A stretch of DNA of 64,000 nt from Lophium mytilinum. Lineage: Eukaryota. Positions 1 through 12,591 of the stretch are shown here, piece after piece. The stretch lies in NCBI GenBank assembly GCA_010093605.1, contig MU004181.1:1984001-2048000 (forward strand), in the 5' to 3' direction. The notes under the pieces were generated by a model that was not told the origin of the DNA, made no database searches, and was given only the letters and a program-made list of their open reading frames with translations. The translations under genes were made by a program, and so were the position numbers. Every line of letters begins with the position of its first letter. Positions within the stretch are counted from its first letter, which is position 1.

Positions 1-817
1 CCTGGTCTTCTGTGGTGAGAATGAGAGGCTTAGAACCGTCGGTTGGCCAGACGTAGTATCTGTGCAAGTGTACGGTTAGTATTTGCGGGTGCGTGCTAGG
101 AGCTAGGTAATGGCGGTGAATCAATGGCACAGCCGGACGACTCTACGAGACGACGAAACGGTTGAGAGATGGTGACTTGCAAAGCAAACTGGCGCGTAGT
201 ACGACAGCTTAGTGCTCATCAAGACGGCGGAGGACTGTGACTGGTGATTAAGGGCGAGTAACTTACAGGTCCCATCCACGTTCCCAGAATTTGCCCTCGT
301 CAAAGACGGCAGAAGCAACTCTCTGAGATTCACGTCTCTCCACGAATAGGTAGGGGTACTTGCTGACAGCAAGAATCGGACTGTAGACTTGACTCGGAGA
401 CGCGAGGGCGCCGCTGTCGAGGGTGCAACGCGGCAAGCTGGTGCTTGGTCCTTTAGGTGTGCCTTCTGTCTTCGTGTTATCCTTCAGTACGAGGGCGCCT
501 GCCGTATTGGATGCAGCGCTAGGTTGTTCGGTGCCAGGGAGTCGTTTGGGGGGCTCAGACTCGAGCTTGTGGTCGGGGTGCTGAGAGAGCGGGACGGACG
601 CTTGAAAGGACATATCCTTGACTGCGACCGCGTGACTTTCGTTACCGGTGATGCTGGGCACCTCCAGGTCAGTCGATGCTTTTAGTGCTTGCTCGGAGAG
701 CAATTCTACACCGCCATCTGAATCATCGTCGGTCAGGCTGGCTGCGGGCAAGTCGGGGAGGGCTTCCATGTGGGCGTCCATAAGCGCCAGCCGATCTAGT
801 CGAGATGCGAGAGCCAT
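1..817 (-). CDS. QDE-2-interacting protein (QIP)/Gfd2-like exonuclease, 5' part (runs off window)
   Basis: Exon 817-267, intron 266-60 (GTAAGT...ACTAAC...CAG), exon 59-1. Spliced peptide ...YSPILAVSKYPYLFV...FDEGKFWERGWDL|YYVWPTDGSKPLIL resembles the N-terminal conserved block of fungal QIP-like proteins. The nuclease domain is outside the window. Confidence 0.6.
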
Positions 818-1661
818 GGTGGAGGGTAGGGAGTGTAGTAGAAGTAAAGCGTTTGGCTCGGTTGAGGTGGAACAAGGTCGTTTGCTATCGCAGACACGTG
901 ACCGGTCTCGGAAGCGGCGCCGCGGACGGGAAGATGCATAGAAGGGTGTCCGAGGTGTGAGAAGCTTGAAATTTTGAAAGGAGGGCTGTCTAACTAGGCT
1001 TTGCGGCTGGTGGCGAAAAAGCAGAGCGGGCAGGAGCGTCTCTCAAGCCTGCTCTATATATGGCTAACACCTCGGGGCGAAATGGGTGAATTGAATGCAC
1101 CGAGGACCCTTACACAGCGGCACATTTCTCAGACCATTTTATACATGGTCTTGACTTGAGCCTTTCAGACATACACTATCTTCACCGACTGAGAGGAAAT
1201 ATAAGGATTTAAAAGAGCAATGCCGGGTCATTGCTGGCTCTTCACTCACTTGGGTACTAGCTCACTCCAAGTCCTGTGACATAGCCTATAGGCTCAATTA
1301 GCCAGCTCTGCGCTATTGCTACTCACGCCGAGGTGCTTGTAGGAACTTTACCGCCAGTAGAGCATTCACCTGCAGGTGGACGTCGCGTCTTACCAGGTTT
1401 TGGAGGTCGTGAATGTTCGCCAAGCCCCCCGCGCCGAAGAAGTCCCGCTTAAAGCGTCCTCGCGTGTAACCACCACCGTCACACTCCCTGAGCTGCTTTG
1501 GCACCCACCACACAAGTAACGCCCTCCACTCCGCTGTCACCACCACCCTCATCTCTCCCATCGCCGCCCCCATTCTTCTCCCATCCGTCGTCGACGCGTG
1601 GCTGGCTTGTCTGACGCGCCCGTCCGGCAACGCTGCTTCACGCTCCCAAACAGCATGCCCA

Positions 1662-4074
1662 ATGGCTGAAGCGAGCATGGCGACCGCCCTCTCCGACATG
1701 ACGCCCCAGCCGCCCTCGAACCCGGACGCGCAAACTACCGTTAATGACTTCCTCGACTACACCGAGTTCTTCCCCTCGGACCTGTACCGCTCCATGAAAC
1801 TGATCGAGGATCTCGACCAGAAATATAAAGATGCTGCCCAGCAGGTCCACGAACTGACCCAGACATACGCCAACCTGCCCAAGACCCCCGAGAATGAGCG
1901 TGCAGATCCGCAGGAGCTGCGTCGGGAAATATCGGCTGCGCTCGAGAAGGCCCTCTTCTTCAGGGAATCGTCTCACGCCGAGGCCGCGCGCATCTGTGAA
2001 GTGGCAGAGCGCCACGCCCATCGCATCGCCATCATCAAGCGCAAGCTCCAGGCACTGCCGCAGCCGCCCTCGCGAGACCCTACACCTGCGCCCGTGTCCC
2101 CGCAAGCAACGCGCTCCGCGAACAAGCTGTACAACACCCAGCGCCTACACTTGCACTTTGACCCCGTCCGACAACATCAGACAGCCAATGCGGGACCACG
2201 GGACCGGAGCAGGAAGGCCAACATAACACTGGGTCCTCTAGACTCGCCTACACCTAGTGAGGTCTCGGGATGGGGTGGTTCTCGACCTGGCTCCTCTTCC
2301 GGGTCCGCCGTCGAGACGATTAACCAAAAGGGCATCAAGGTCCCCAAGAAGAGCAGCAGCAAAGTGCCCAAGGCGCCCCGTGTGCGCCCGCCTGGCGCTA
2401 TGGGTACGAATGTGCACAGCCAACTGGCGGGCATCTCGACAAGCAATGCGCTCGCCAGGTTATCCCCTCCTCCAGACGATGCCAAACCTGGAAGTCGTTA
2501 TCGACCATGGTTCAAGCTAACTGAATATGAAATGGCATTACTGAGGAAACAGATGAAGAAGAACGCTATCTGGAGTCCTAGCGATACGATGATCCGCCGT
2601 GAGTTGCAGAAGAAAGACCGAGGTCTCGAGAATTATGAGGCTGCGAAAAGGGAGGCTAATGAAACCGGAGTGCCTCTACTCGACGAAGAAAGTGCTGATC
2701 GATTGAGCAACCAAGGGGGGCCTCTGGCACCTGGTGAAATATCACATGACACCTGGGGCGCACAGGACTCGCAGCTTGTCAACCGTGGAATGAAGCTGAA
2801 CGAGGCCAAGAAACTCAAGAGAGAGAGCCTCTTGCGCGAGCAAGCCCTCAGAGACGCCATGGAGATCGAAGATGCTAGCCGCCAAATTATGGTCGCCGGG
2901 ACTAGGATGAAGAATCTATTCCCTGGACAAGGCGACAACGTCACTGTTACTCCGCTGACCGAGAAGCGAAAGGAGTTCGCGAGGTCGGCAAGAAAGCGCA
3001 AAAGGGACTCGACACCACCACTCTCTCCCCCACCTCGGCCGCGTGAAGAATCAATGGCGTCACAAGACAACGCTCCAGTGACTACTGGGCCTAAGCGCAT
3101 TAAAATTGCACCGCCCGCACCTCCCGTACTTGCCCCTGCTCCGAGGACTCCTCAAACCCCTGTAGCACTCCCTTCGCCCACTATCAAAACAACCACTATC
3201 CAAGTTCCATTGGCGCCCGCAGGTCCACCGACGCCCTCCGTCGGTTCTAAGGCTGCCTCAAAACCCCCAAGCCGGAAGCCGACTCCCGCTCTTCCATCTC
3301 CGACGGAAAACAAGAAACCGGCGACTGCGACTACGCCTGCGCCTCCGCCCCCACCTCAGCCACAACCAACTGCAGCCGCATCTCGACCTCGCCGCGCTTC
3401 TGTCGCACCAAAACAAGCGAGCTCGCCTGCCCCAGAGCCGGCGATTGCTAGTGCCATCGCACACCGTCCCCGATCCTCTCGCGGCATCATCACGCCGAAG
3501 GCTGCGAGTGCGGAACCGCCAGCTGCTTCGGCCACCACGACCCGCGACCTACGACGGGCGAGCAATGTCAGCCTTCCCGCTGCCTCTCAGGTTGCGAATG
3601 TCCTCCCTACACGAACCAGCACTCGTCGCAAGCGGCCTCCCCCGCTTGGCGCTGTTACAGCAGGCCAGGACGGACAGACAGTCAGTGTTGTAGATGTGGA
3701 GCGACAGACGGGGTCCAAGAACAAGAAGAGATCCACGGCTGGAAACTTAACAGAAGGCCCAGACGAGCCGATTGATCCAGACGAGCAGACTTACTGCATA
3801 TGCGGGGATGTCAGCTATGGTACAATGGTAGCATGCGAAAATGGGAACGTAAGTGTGGCTAGACACTCCATGAGTGTTGATTTGACAGACAGCTAACAAA
3901 TGCATTACCTAGTGCTCAACCGAATGGTTCCACATTGAATGTATGGGCATGAAACGGGCACCTGCTCCGTCAGCCATATGGTATTGCCCAGAGTGCCGTG
4001 TGTTGCTAAGTATTGACGAATTCGGCAAATCTGTTTCTGCGCCTGCTGCAAGTGTGAAGCGCAGCGGCAGGTAG
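1662..4074 (+). CDS. ING-family PHD-finger chromatin protein
   Basis: N-terminal ING helical domain (DFLDYTEFFPSDLYRSMKLIEDLDQKY). PHD finger YCICGDVSYGTMVACEN|CSTEWFHIECMG...WYCPEC is completed across intron 3849-3912 (GTAAGT...GCTAAC...TAG). Stop TAG 4072-4074. Confidence 0.9.
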
Positions 4075-4798
4075 GTGCTCGTTTCATCCTGTACCGGGAG
4101 ACTGCTGAGTGTAACACTATGGGAAGGGGTCGGAGTTATTGAATTTTGATCTTTCGGGCCGATCACGATATCCAGCACGACTGTGCGGCATTTGGGAAGG
4201 AGCACGGGGACTTAAGCGATGCTTGAACAGGCCTGTTCAGGCATATGGGCACTCTGGGGTGTGAAGAGCATGGTGTCTCGAGCTGCGGATATCGAGGTTT
4301 TTACGAGTTAACGGTGAATCACCAGCATAATGATGTCTTCCAACACTGTAGTACCATCGCTCATAAGTGATCGTCGTCGGAGCTGCTGTTTTGCAACTAT
4401 GAGGGCATCCTCCGTGCCTCCTAAATGAAAGCGCCCAGCCCAACTTATACACATTCAGAGAGAATTGCTTGGATGTCTCAGCCATTGATGAAACAAGCTT
4501 TCCTTTGCTATAGCCAACACCAGAAAGGACTAGCAACGGCCAGTTCCAGCCTCTCCCGCTTCAGGAGAAAGTAGGCGAGCTCGAGCCGCCAGACCAGGAC
4601 CCCAGTTCAGCGGGGCTGTGTCCAGAGAACTCCCGTTGACACCTCCGCAACGCGCTTTCTTGTCGCAAACCTCCCCTCTTCCAGAAGACACGCTGAGTGC
4701 TCTTATTCTATATCTGCGTTTGTGTATTGAATGCTCTTCTTTGACTGCCACTGACACCCTCGTCTCATCACCTGCTATCCGCTCAGCCTCGTCGCGAT

Positions 4799-6704
4799 AT
4801 GGCTACGGTCACTTTTGCTATGGGCTCGAAAGACGCCTATTTCTTCAATACTCCAACACATTGGGCGTGGTAGGTTTCTTTCTCTCCGTTTCGTTGTCAT
4901 AGGGAACCTGAAATGCGTCGAACTCTACTCATGAAAGCAACACAGGAAGAATCTACCTCCAGACGTTGAGTCCCTTTTTAAAAAGCAGCCGGCGGTTAAG
5001 GAGGTCTTCGAACTGGCCTTGGGCGATCAAGGCGCATATTTTGTCTCCTTTCGCGATGCCGATGGGCTGATATATTGCCGTAAGAGCTTTTACTTTCATT
5101 CTTTCCTAGAATCTTGGCATTCAGTAGTCCCTGCGATCAACCTTTCAACCTTCAAATCGATCTTCAACTTCCATTTGATGTTCGGCGCGTATCTAACCAC
5201 TGTTCTTGAAGGTCATTTCAATCTTCCTAATCCACTCACATCTTGGCTGTACAACTCGCAGCCACAGATTATTCGCGATCTTACCAAATTATACATTACT
5301 CTCGGACAGTATGAGTCCTACTACGCGGCAGATGGCTCCAGCTCCTCATGGGCAAACCTTCCACCTACCCTGGAGAAAGCACTCGAAAGTCGGCGTACTG
5401 AGCATAGCCCCTGGAAGCCTGGCGAGGAGCCTACCTTTGTGAGCTTAGGGGCTGAAGGGAGGTATTTCATGCGCACTGCCAACGGAGGCGGCGGATGGGA
5501 GTTGAAAGGTAAAGCTGAAGGGATCAACAAGTATCTGACCGATGCTCCGAACTTCTCAGATATTGCGGTAAGAAGCAACTGCTACCATAAATTGCCAGTC
5601 CAGCGGCCATGCTTTGTATCAGATACTAATACCGTCCAGGGCCTGTGGCTGTTTCCATCCCACCCAGATTGCTACATAATGACCACCATGGAAGGAAAAG
5701 CTTTCTCGAACCTACCGGAACACACATGGCAGGACTACACTAAGATGGCGCACTCGATCCCAGACTTGCGTCCGAAGCCACAAATGCAGCCAATGCCTAT
5801 GATGGTACCCCAGCAAATGTCTCCGCAACCCGTCCTCTACGCTCAGCCTCAGCAATTCGCACCCAACCCGATGTCCCCGCCACCGGGCTACGTGCACCCC
5901 TTTCAGCCGCAACCTCAGACCCTGGTCCCACAACCCATGATACCGCAGGCCACAGGTGTCGCATACGGCCAGCCTCAACAGCGTGCCGTATCGGCTCCCC
6001 AAACGCCCCTAACGCCTCTCACGCCCATGACACCACCCCCTCAATACGCAGCCACTCCCGTTCAGCTACAGGGGCAGTTCTTCCCACCTCAGCCACAGCA
6101 ATTCGCCCAACCTCAGCAGCAACCTTTCGCCCAACCTCAGCAGCAACCTTTCGCCCAACCTCAGCAGCAATTCGCACAACCACAACAGCCTCAACAAGCC
6201 TTCGCCCAACCACTCCAACAACCGTTCGTGCAACCCCATTTCCAGCCCCAAGCCCCTGTCCAATCCCCCGTTCAAGCTCCTGTCCAAGCCCCCATTCAAG
6301 ACAAACCCGCCTCCAACTCACGAGTCCCACAGGCTCTACTGGGCGCCGCAGCCGCCACCGCGGTAGGCGGTGTCGTACTAGGGAAATTTCTTGGTAAAGG
6401 GTCTAAAGGCGGGAAAAGCCATGGTGGCGGACATGGCGGAGGCCACAGTGGCGGAGAAGAGCAGTATACAGGTGATCCGAGCCAGCAAGGCGGGGATCCG
6501 TCGCAGTATGGCGGTGATCCGTCGCAGTATGGTGTCGATCCATCGCAGTATGGCGTCGATCCGTCGCAGTATGGCAACCTGGGTTTTGGTAACCTGGGCC
6601 TTGTAGATCCGGGGTATGTGGATCCAGGACAGCAGGATGTGGTGGTGGAGAGTTCGGGGTTTAGTTGGGATCAGGGTTGCTATCCAACCAACCAACCAAT
6701 CTGA
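4799..6704 (+). CDS. Hypothetical fungal protein with Q/P-rich and GDPSQYG-repeat C-terminal half; last codons supplied by a transposon
   Basis: ATG 4799 (MATVTFAMGSKDAYFFNTPTHWAW). Introns 4870-4945, 5080-5211 and about 5568-5639 have canonical sites and keep frame. Current stop (TGA 6702-6704) lies inside the hAT end; the ancestral end is at 10198-10221. Confidence 0.75.
6090..6215 (+). repeat. Coding tandem repeat (FAQPQQQP)n, about 24 bp unit
   Basis: Repeated ttcgcccaacctcagcagcaacc units. Confidence 0.85.
6471..6575 (+). repeat. Coding 21-bp tandem repeat (G/V-DPSQYG) x5
   Basis: gatccgtcgcagtatggc units with 21-nt period. Confidence 0.9.
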
Positions 6705-9700
6705 GCGACTCAGATTGGTTGGATTGGCGTATTAGTCAGCGAGAGGTTAAATTGGTTGGTTGGTTGGCCCAATATTGGCTAATCGCCAATCAGTTGGCTA
6801 ATTAGTGTGGTTAATGCGTAATGGTGATGCTTAGCATAGTATTAAGTTAAAAACTATTAATTTACCTGCTATTAATCTTTACTTTAACTTAATATGTTAT
6901 TATACGTCCGCTTTAATTGCTATTCTCTTATAAGCCCGCCGTCTAGTATATTAATAAGACCTTCTCTCTTCTATAAAGATAGTAAGATTATTACTTCTAT
7001 AATATTAATACCTAGTATAAATCTATTTAAAGTCTATAGTAGGCCTATTTAATTAAAGTCGCGTTTATTACTAGTACTTATTACTAGAATAGATAATAGG
7101 TTAAGAGCTATATAGGTAAGGCGAGGGTATTTAGAGAGTTTTAATACCTAATACTTAATTAGATTAGTTACGCGGCGGTCTTTAGTATACGCACTATAGG
7201 CTAACTATTAAGTATACTTATCCTCTCTAGTAGCTTATAATACTATACTTATAGCGGTAAAGAATATTATAAAGAAGTTATCCTTATTAAGAGCTAATAC
7301 TTCCTTCTGCTATTACACTATGCTAAGTTTAATAGCGCGGTGCTTATATTCTAAGTTCTATAGCCGCTATACTCTATTCTTTACTTCTTTAATCTAATTT
7401 ATCTTACTAACCTAATACTTCTCTATAAAGTCCTACTTATACGCTAGATAGAATACTATAGCTATAATATAGGTAGATAAATAGTTAGTAAGATTATAGT
7501 ACTTATTAAGTTTAGTCTAGGCAAGGTTAATATTATACTTAAAGTACTTCTCTAGATAGTAAGTATATAAGACCTTAAACTTTTTAAAATAGAAAAGAAG
7601 ATTCTTATATATAGGTAGAACCTTCTAAAGAGAACCTTTCTTTCCTTAAGAGATTCTACCTTCTAGGCGCTTTATAGCTATCTTAAAGGGCTTTAGAAGC
7701 TATAGGTACTCTATAATTACTATCTAGTCCTTATCTATAAGGGTATTCTTTATAATAGCCGGCTGCTTGCAACTTCTAGCAGGCGCAGGTTAGGTGCTAC
7801 CGCGGGTCTACTTTATAATATAGGCATGCTACTTAGCTACCTTATCTTTAATAATAGTATTAAGGTATAGTTATATTTTAATACTGCGTTCTATTATAGA
7901 CTTAAGGCTATTCTATTATATTACTACTAGCTTAATAGAATAATAGACTTTAGGCTTATTTACCTTCTCTTAAAGTTAAATAAGATGTTATATACGCAGC
8001 TCTAAATTAAATAACTATATTATAATAAACTATAGCTTTATAATTAGCCCTAGCTATTACTAGAGTTATAGGTCTATTACTATATCCTTATCTAGAAGGT
8101 TGTATTTATAGTTCTGCAAGAATTCTCCTTTCTAGTTACTAGTAAAGAGCGCTCTAACTATAAGGTTAATAACGTGGCTAAGGTAGTATAGTTATTATTT
8201 ATATTTATTAACTCTAAAGTCTTCTATCTCTTATAGAAATATATTAAGGTTATTAGTGTTATTAGCTATAATATAGCCTACCTGCTTACTATTAGCTGCG
8301 TTAAAGCGTAATAAAATGGGCAGGCTAAGTAATAAAATAGGTAGGCTAAGTAATAAAATAGGCAGGCTAAGTAATAAAATAGAAAGGCTAATAGTTTATA
8401 GTATAACTATTATATATAACCTATTTATAGTAAGACTATTATATATAACCCGTTTATAGTAAGGCTATTATATATAACCTATTTATAGTAAGGCTATTAT
8501 ATACTACCTATTTATTATATACTACCTAATTATCTATATAATAAATAGGTAGTATACACTAAAATAGAAAGGCTAAGTAATAAAATAGAAAGGCTAAGTA
8601 ATAAAATAGAAAGGCTACTATATTCTACCTGTTTATTATATACTACCCGTTTATCTATATAATAAATAAACGGGTAGTATATAATAGCCTTGCTATAAAT
8701 AGGTAGTATATAATAGCCTTACTATAAACGGGTAGTATATAATAGCCTTTCTATTTTATTACGCGTTAATATACCTGCTCTTATCTAATTCTAAACTAGT
8801 TAAATATCTCTACTACTACCTCTTTAATATAGGTTCTATGGTGCTAGTCCGTTATTTCTAGTAGGGCTAGTATAATAAAATAGTACTAATAGACGGCGTC
8901 TATAAAATAGTAATTAATACCTAGTAGCGCTTTATAATTGCGTGCTATCTAAAGATCTATAGAGAAGTAAAGCTTTCTAGGCGCTATAGAGAGAAGTTCT
9001 TTAATAGCTTTTTAATAGTATTAATATTTAGAAAGTATATAGCTTTATAGTATTATATAGTATAGTAAGTAATAGCTAATACTAACAGCCTAATTAAGGT
9101 AGGTAAGAAGAGCACGGAGGTGCGGGCTTTTAATAGTAATAAGAGGAATCTTAGTATATATAACCTATTAAATTAGCAGCTAGAAAAAGTACGTAGGTAT
9201 AAAGAACTAAATAATAGTATTAATTTACTCTTACTTATAAGAATTACTAGTAGAGAGCTTAAGCTAATTAATAATGCTAAGCTATTTTAGCTTATTAGCG
9301 GCGTATTTACCTATATTAATCTAATAGCATTTAGATAGATACTTAGTATAGTTATTAGTACCTAGCGTAGTATAGATATAGGTCTAACTCTACTAGGCCT
9401 TTAATATATAGTAGAGCTTGTAGTACTAGAACCTTTTACCTATATCTATTTATATATTATAGCTATACTTCTATATCTCCTCTATTCTATTATACTATAA
9501 CCGCGTTAGTTTATAATAGCTAAGAAGACGGTTCTATTTAATACCGTTATAGGCGTTTAAGTAGCGCGGCTGCTCGGCTGCCTTATATTATTATTGCTCG
9601 CGGAATACTTATATAAGTGTTAGATCTTCTTTAATAACTAATAATAATATAACTATAGATGTAACTATAGATGCAACTATAGATAGAATAGAAGTAGAAG

Positions 9701-10189
9701 TTATAGGAGTAGTAGAAGTATAAGGGGCGCGTTAATTATATTATAGCGGCGGCGGCGGCATAGTATATATAATAGTTATAATAATAGATTTAATAAAGTT
9801 ATAAGGCGTTATATACGGCGGCGTTAAAGCGTGCGGTGTTAAGGTAGCTATCTTAAAAATTTATTATAGGTAGCTGTTAGTGCGGGCTAAGTAAAAAGGG
9901 AAGTATATATAAAACGGGAAGGCTATAGTTTATAGAAAGGCTATAGGATTATAGTAAGACTAAAAGATTATAGTAAGACTATAGTGCTAAGGTTATAGGC
10001 GGCCCGGGCGCTAAGGCGGTGTATAGTTACGTGGTAATATATTAGTAAATTAGCTAATTATCTAACTAATTAGAGCCCTCTATATTAGTTAGTTGGCCTA
10101 TTTTCTAAAGAGAGATTAGTTGGATTGGTTGCTTATTAATTAACTAATATTGGCCAATCGCCAATGTAGTTGGTTGGATAGCAGCCCTG
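6672..10189 (-). mobile_element. hAT-superfamily DNA transposon, full length, RIP-inactivated
   Basis: TIRs CAGGGTTGCTATCCAACCAAC / CAGGGCTGCTATCCAACCAAC. 8-bp TSD GTTGGGAT at 6664-6671 and 10190-10197. Subterminal CCAA/TTGG repeats. De-RIPed minus-strand motifs: KLHFSMDLWT (about 8950), ADNA (about 8260), RCLGHVINL (about 8170), VTRWNS (about 7915), hATC YPRL...ALDLLSIPAMSA.ERDF (about 7060-7130). Confidence 0.92.
8287..8771. mobile_element. Nested non-autonomous foldback/MITE-like insertion inside the hAT transposase
   Basis: Bounded by direct repeat TACCTGCT (8279-8286, 8772-8779). Removing it rejoins ...EQV|GYI.ADNA. Inverted ends GCGTAATAAAAT at 8306 and 8764, each flanked by TTAA. Internal 21-bp and about 29-bp tandem repeats in opposite orientations. 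Confidence 0.75.
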
Positions 10190-10269
10190 GTTGGGATGTT
10201 GATGTCTCGGGTTTGATATAGGCGCTGGGATGAGCTACTCTTTGCTTGACTGAAGACATGCGACCAGGG

Positions 10270-10960
10270 GTACTCCTTACAGTGGCATGTAGAGGGCAAA
10301 ATAGAAGCCTTAGTATATATATTTACATCTAACGAGCTGTAAGATCTCTAAATATCATTGTATACTCTATGTAGTAGAAATTAGGCTACCTTTTAGCTGA
10401 CCGAAGATAGACTATCTAGGGCACTCTTTACAGTGGCATGTGAACGGCAAAAGAGAAGCCTTAGTAGATCTATTCAGCTCTAACGAGCTTTTAGAGCTCT
10501 GGGGACGATGGTAAACGCTATGCAATGGGAATGAGGCTACCTTTTGGCTGACTAAAACCTGCTACTTGACGTACTCCTTACAGTGGCATGTAGATGGCAA
10601 AAGAGGCCCTATAGTATATCTATTTATCTCTAACAAGCTTTAAAGCTCGAAGTACGATGCAAAACACCAAGCAGTGTCAATCGGGCTACTTTTTGCTTTA
10701 CTTTTAGCTTGCTACTTGAGGTCCTCCTTACAGTGGTATTCGTGCGGCAAAAGAGGAGCCTAAGTATATCTGATTATGGCTGATGGACATTTCAATCTCA
10801 AACAATGATAGTAAACGCTATGCAGTGAAAACTGGACTACCTTTTGGCTGATGGAAGGTATGCTACTTGACGTGCGCCTTACAGCGGCATCGATCCAGCA
10901 ACAGTAGAGCCTAAGCTGAGGGATATCCGTGTGCCTAATCGCTGGCCTAATACTGTATAT
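10270..10960 (+). repeat. Divergent 150-151 bp tandem array (about 4.3 units) of the CCTTACAGTGG repeat family
   Basis: Units start at 10270, 10421, 10571, 10721 and 10872 (gtactccttacagtggca...). Each full unit contains ggctacctttt(a/g)gctga-like sequence. The array ends in tggcctaatactgta (10943-10957). Confidence 0.9.
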
Positions 10961-11131
10961 AAAATTACATTACTTTTCCTGTTAGTAGGCACGGCTTGAC
11001 TGCCCTTGGCTAGGCTAGCTAAAATTGGTCAAGATATCAATGTATGGAGGGTTTGAATTGAACACGGTTGCATTGTTAGGTTGTTCTAGGCTAATATGAA
11101 GAGAGATGCTGCAAACAAGCATAGTGAAAGC

Positions 11132-12591
11132 CTAAAGCAGCCCGTCGCCCTTCCACTTACGGAGACGCTCTTGGATCTCTTTACCCTTCAGGACCAACGT
11201 TGATGTAGTCATGTTCGCAGGCTCGCCGGGCAGATACTGGACCTCCTCCAGCTCAAGCTCGACCAACTGTGGCAATGCCACGATCTCTTCTACCAATGAC
11301 AGAACATTTCCAGACACGAAGCAGCAATCGTAAATGCGAAGATGAGTTACAGTTTGCCGGTGCGCGTGCAAAAAGTTAATCATCTCGTCGACCAAGAAAC
11401 GCACACCACCTCCTCCCAATGCGAGTTTCTTCAAGGCGCTGAAAGGGCCGAGAGGCAGGTGCACGGGGTCGCGAGCTGGCCTGCTGACAGGAACCCACTC
11501 AAGTGTCAGTTCCTCGCATCCCGCCTTTAGTCGATCGAATGAGTTTGAGGCGGATCGCAGATCGACATAGTGTCCGACTGCGTAGTGTACACGGCTGAGT
11601 TGGCGCGGACGCGGTTCGAGCGGGACGAAATCGCGGAACTTGAAATGCAGATGGCTTCCTCGAATCTCATCGAGAGCGATGTTGGTCCGTCCGAAGACGT
11701 AGGCGAAAGTCTCCGTCCCGCCGAATCCAACGCTGACGCCCTTCAAGTCCACTCCGGAGATGGAGTCGCAGAGCCGGTTGAAGATGTAGGCGTGGCGTTG
11801 CACCCTAGCAGCAGTCACCGGGCCTCGACAGTCGGAGTATTGGCATCCGGTCAGCTCATAGAGCCGCTTGGTCCCGCAGGCATTTGGCGTCGGCTTGCCC
11901 CACAAGCCGTCGTGTTTCCGGGGGTATGGGCATGGGTCTTCTTCAAGGTCCAGAAGCTTCAGGTTCGGGAAGCGAGCGAGGTAGGTGATCAGCAACGGGA
12001 TGCCGAAGTCTTGCTTTACTAGCTCGAGCCCTTGGTCCCTCAACTTGAGGCGGTTCTGCATCATCTCCGGGGTTTCACGCTGGGGAATGTCGATGGTACG
12101 GCCAGGATACTCCCGAGGAATTGTTGCGACAAGCTCGGGTCCGACAATAACTCGCTCGACGTTCTTAGCGTACTGAGGATGCTTGGAGATATGGTCCATC
12201 ATGGCCAAGCTGATGGGGTGGAGGGAGAATTTGATCGCGCGAAACCAATTTCGTCCGAATGAGTACTGGGACTTGTCGCGCATCTCCTTGTTGGAGAGCC
12301 GCAAAGAAAAGATGTCGCGTACGTCGTTGATGTGGTCGCAGATGATGCTGAAAACTTCGGCTGGGATGTCGGAGATGGTGGTGGCCGTTGGCTTCTTGGG
12401 TTGGTTCAACTCTACATGCTTCTTCTTGACGGGTTCGGCGTTATCGTCGCCATCGTTCTTGCGCTTGCGCTTCCTTGTTGGGAGGTCAGCAATGATCTAT
12501 ACCGAGCAATGGATAGACAAGGAACTTACAGGACTCGGGAACGGGTATTGCTCGCAGAAGGCCCGTCGACTTGATGGAGTGTGATGTCCAT
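11132..12591 (-). CDS. F-box protein with LRR-like C-terminus
   Basis: F-box ISDIPAEVFSIICDHINDVRDIFSLRLSNKEM. Probable first exon 12591-12530 (MDITLHQ...SRVL), intron 12529-12474, then NLS-like KRKRK. Confidence 0.75.

Noticed and set aside
60..266. Long intron possibly hosting a C/D snoRNA (TGATGA present)
   Set aside because: No convincing D box (CTGA) or terminal stem.
8780..9600. Possible captured Mutator-like fragment inside the hAT
   Set aside because: The minus strand reads as the hAT transposase N-terminal half (HFSMDLWT, BED-like WxCxC), so no foreign fragment is needed.
10270..10960. CRISPR-like array (conserved core with variable intervening DNA)
   Set aside because: Intervening segments are homologous between units rather than unique spacers, cores are degenerate, there are no cas genes, and the host is eukaryotic.
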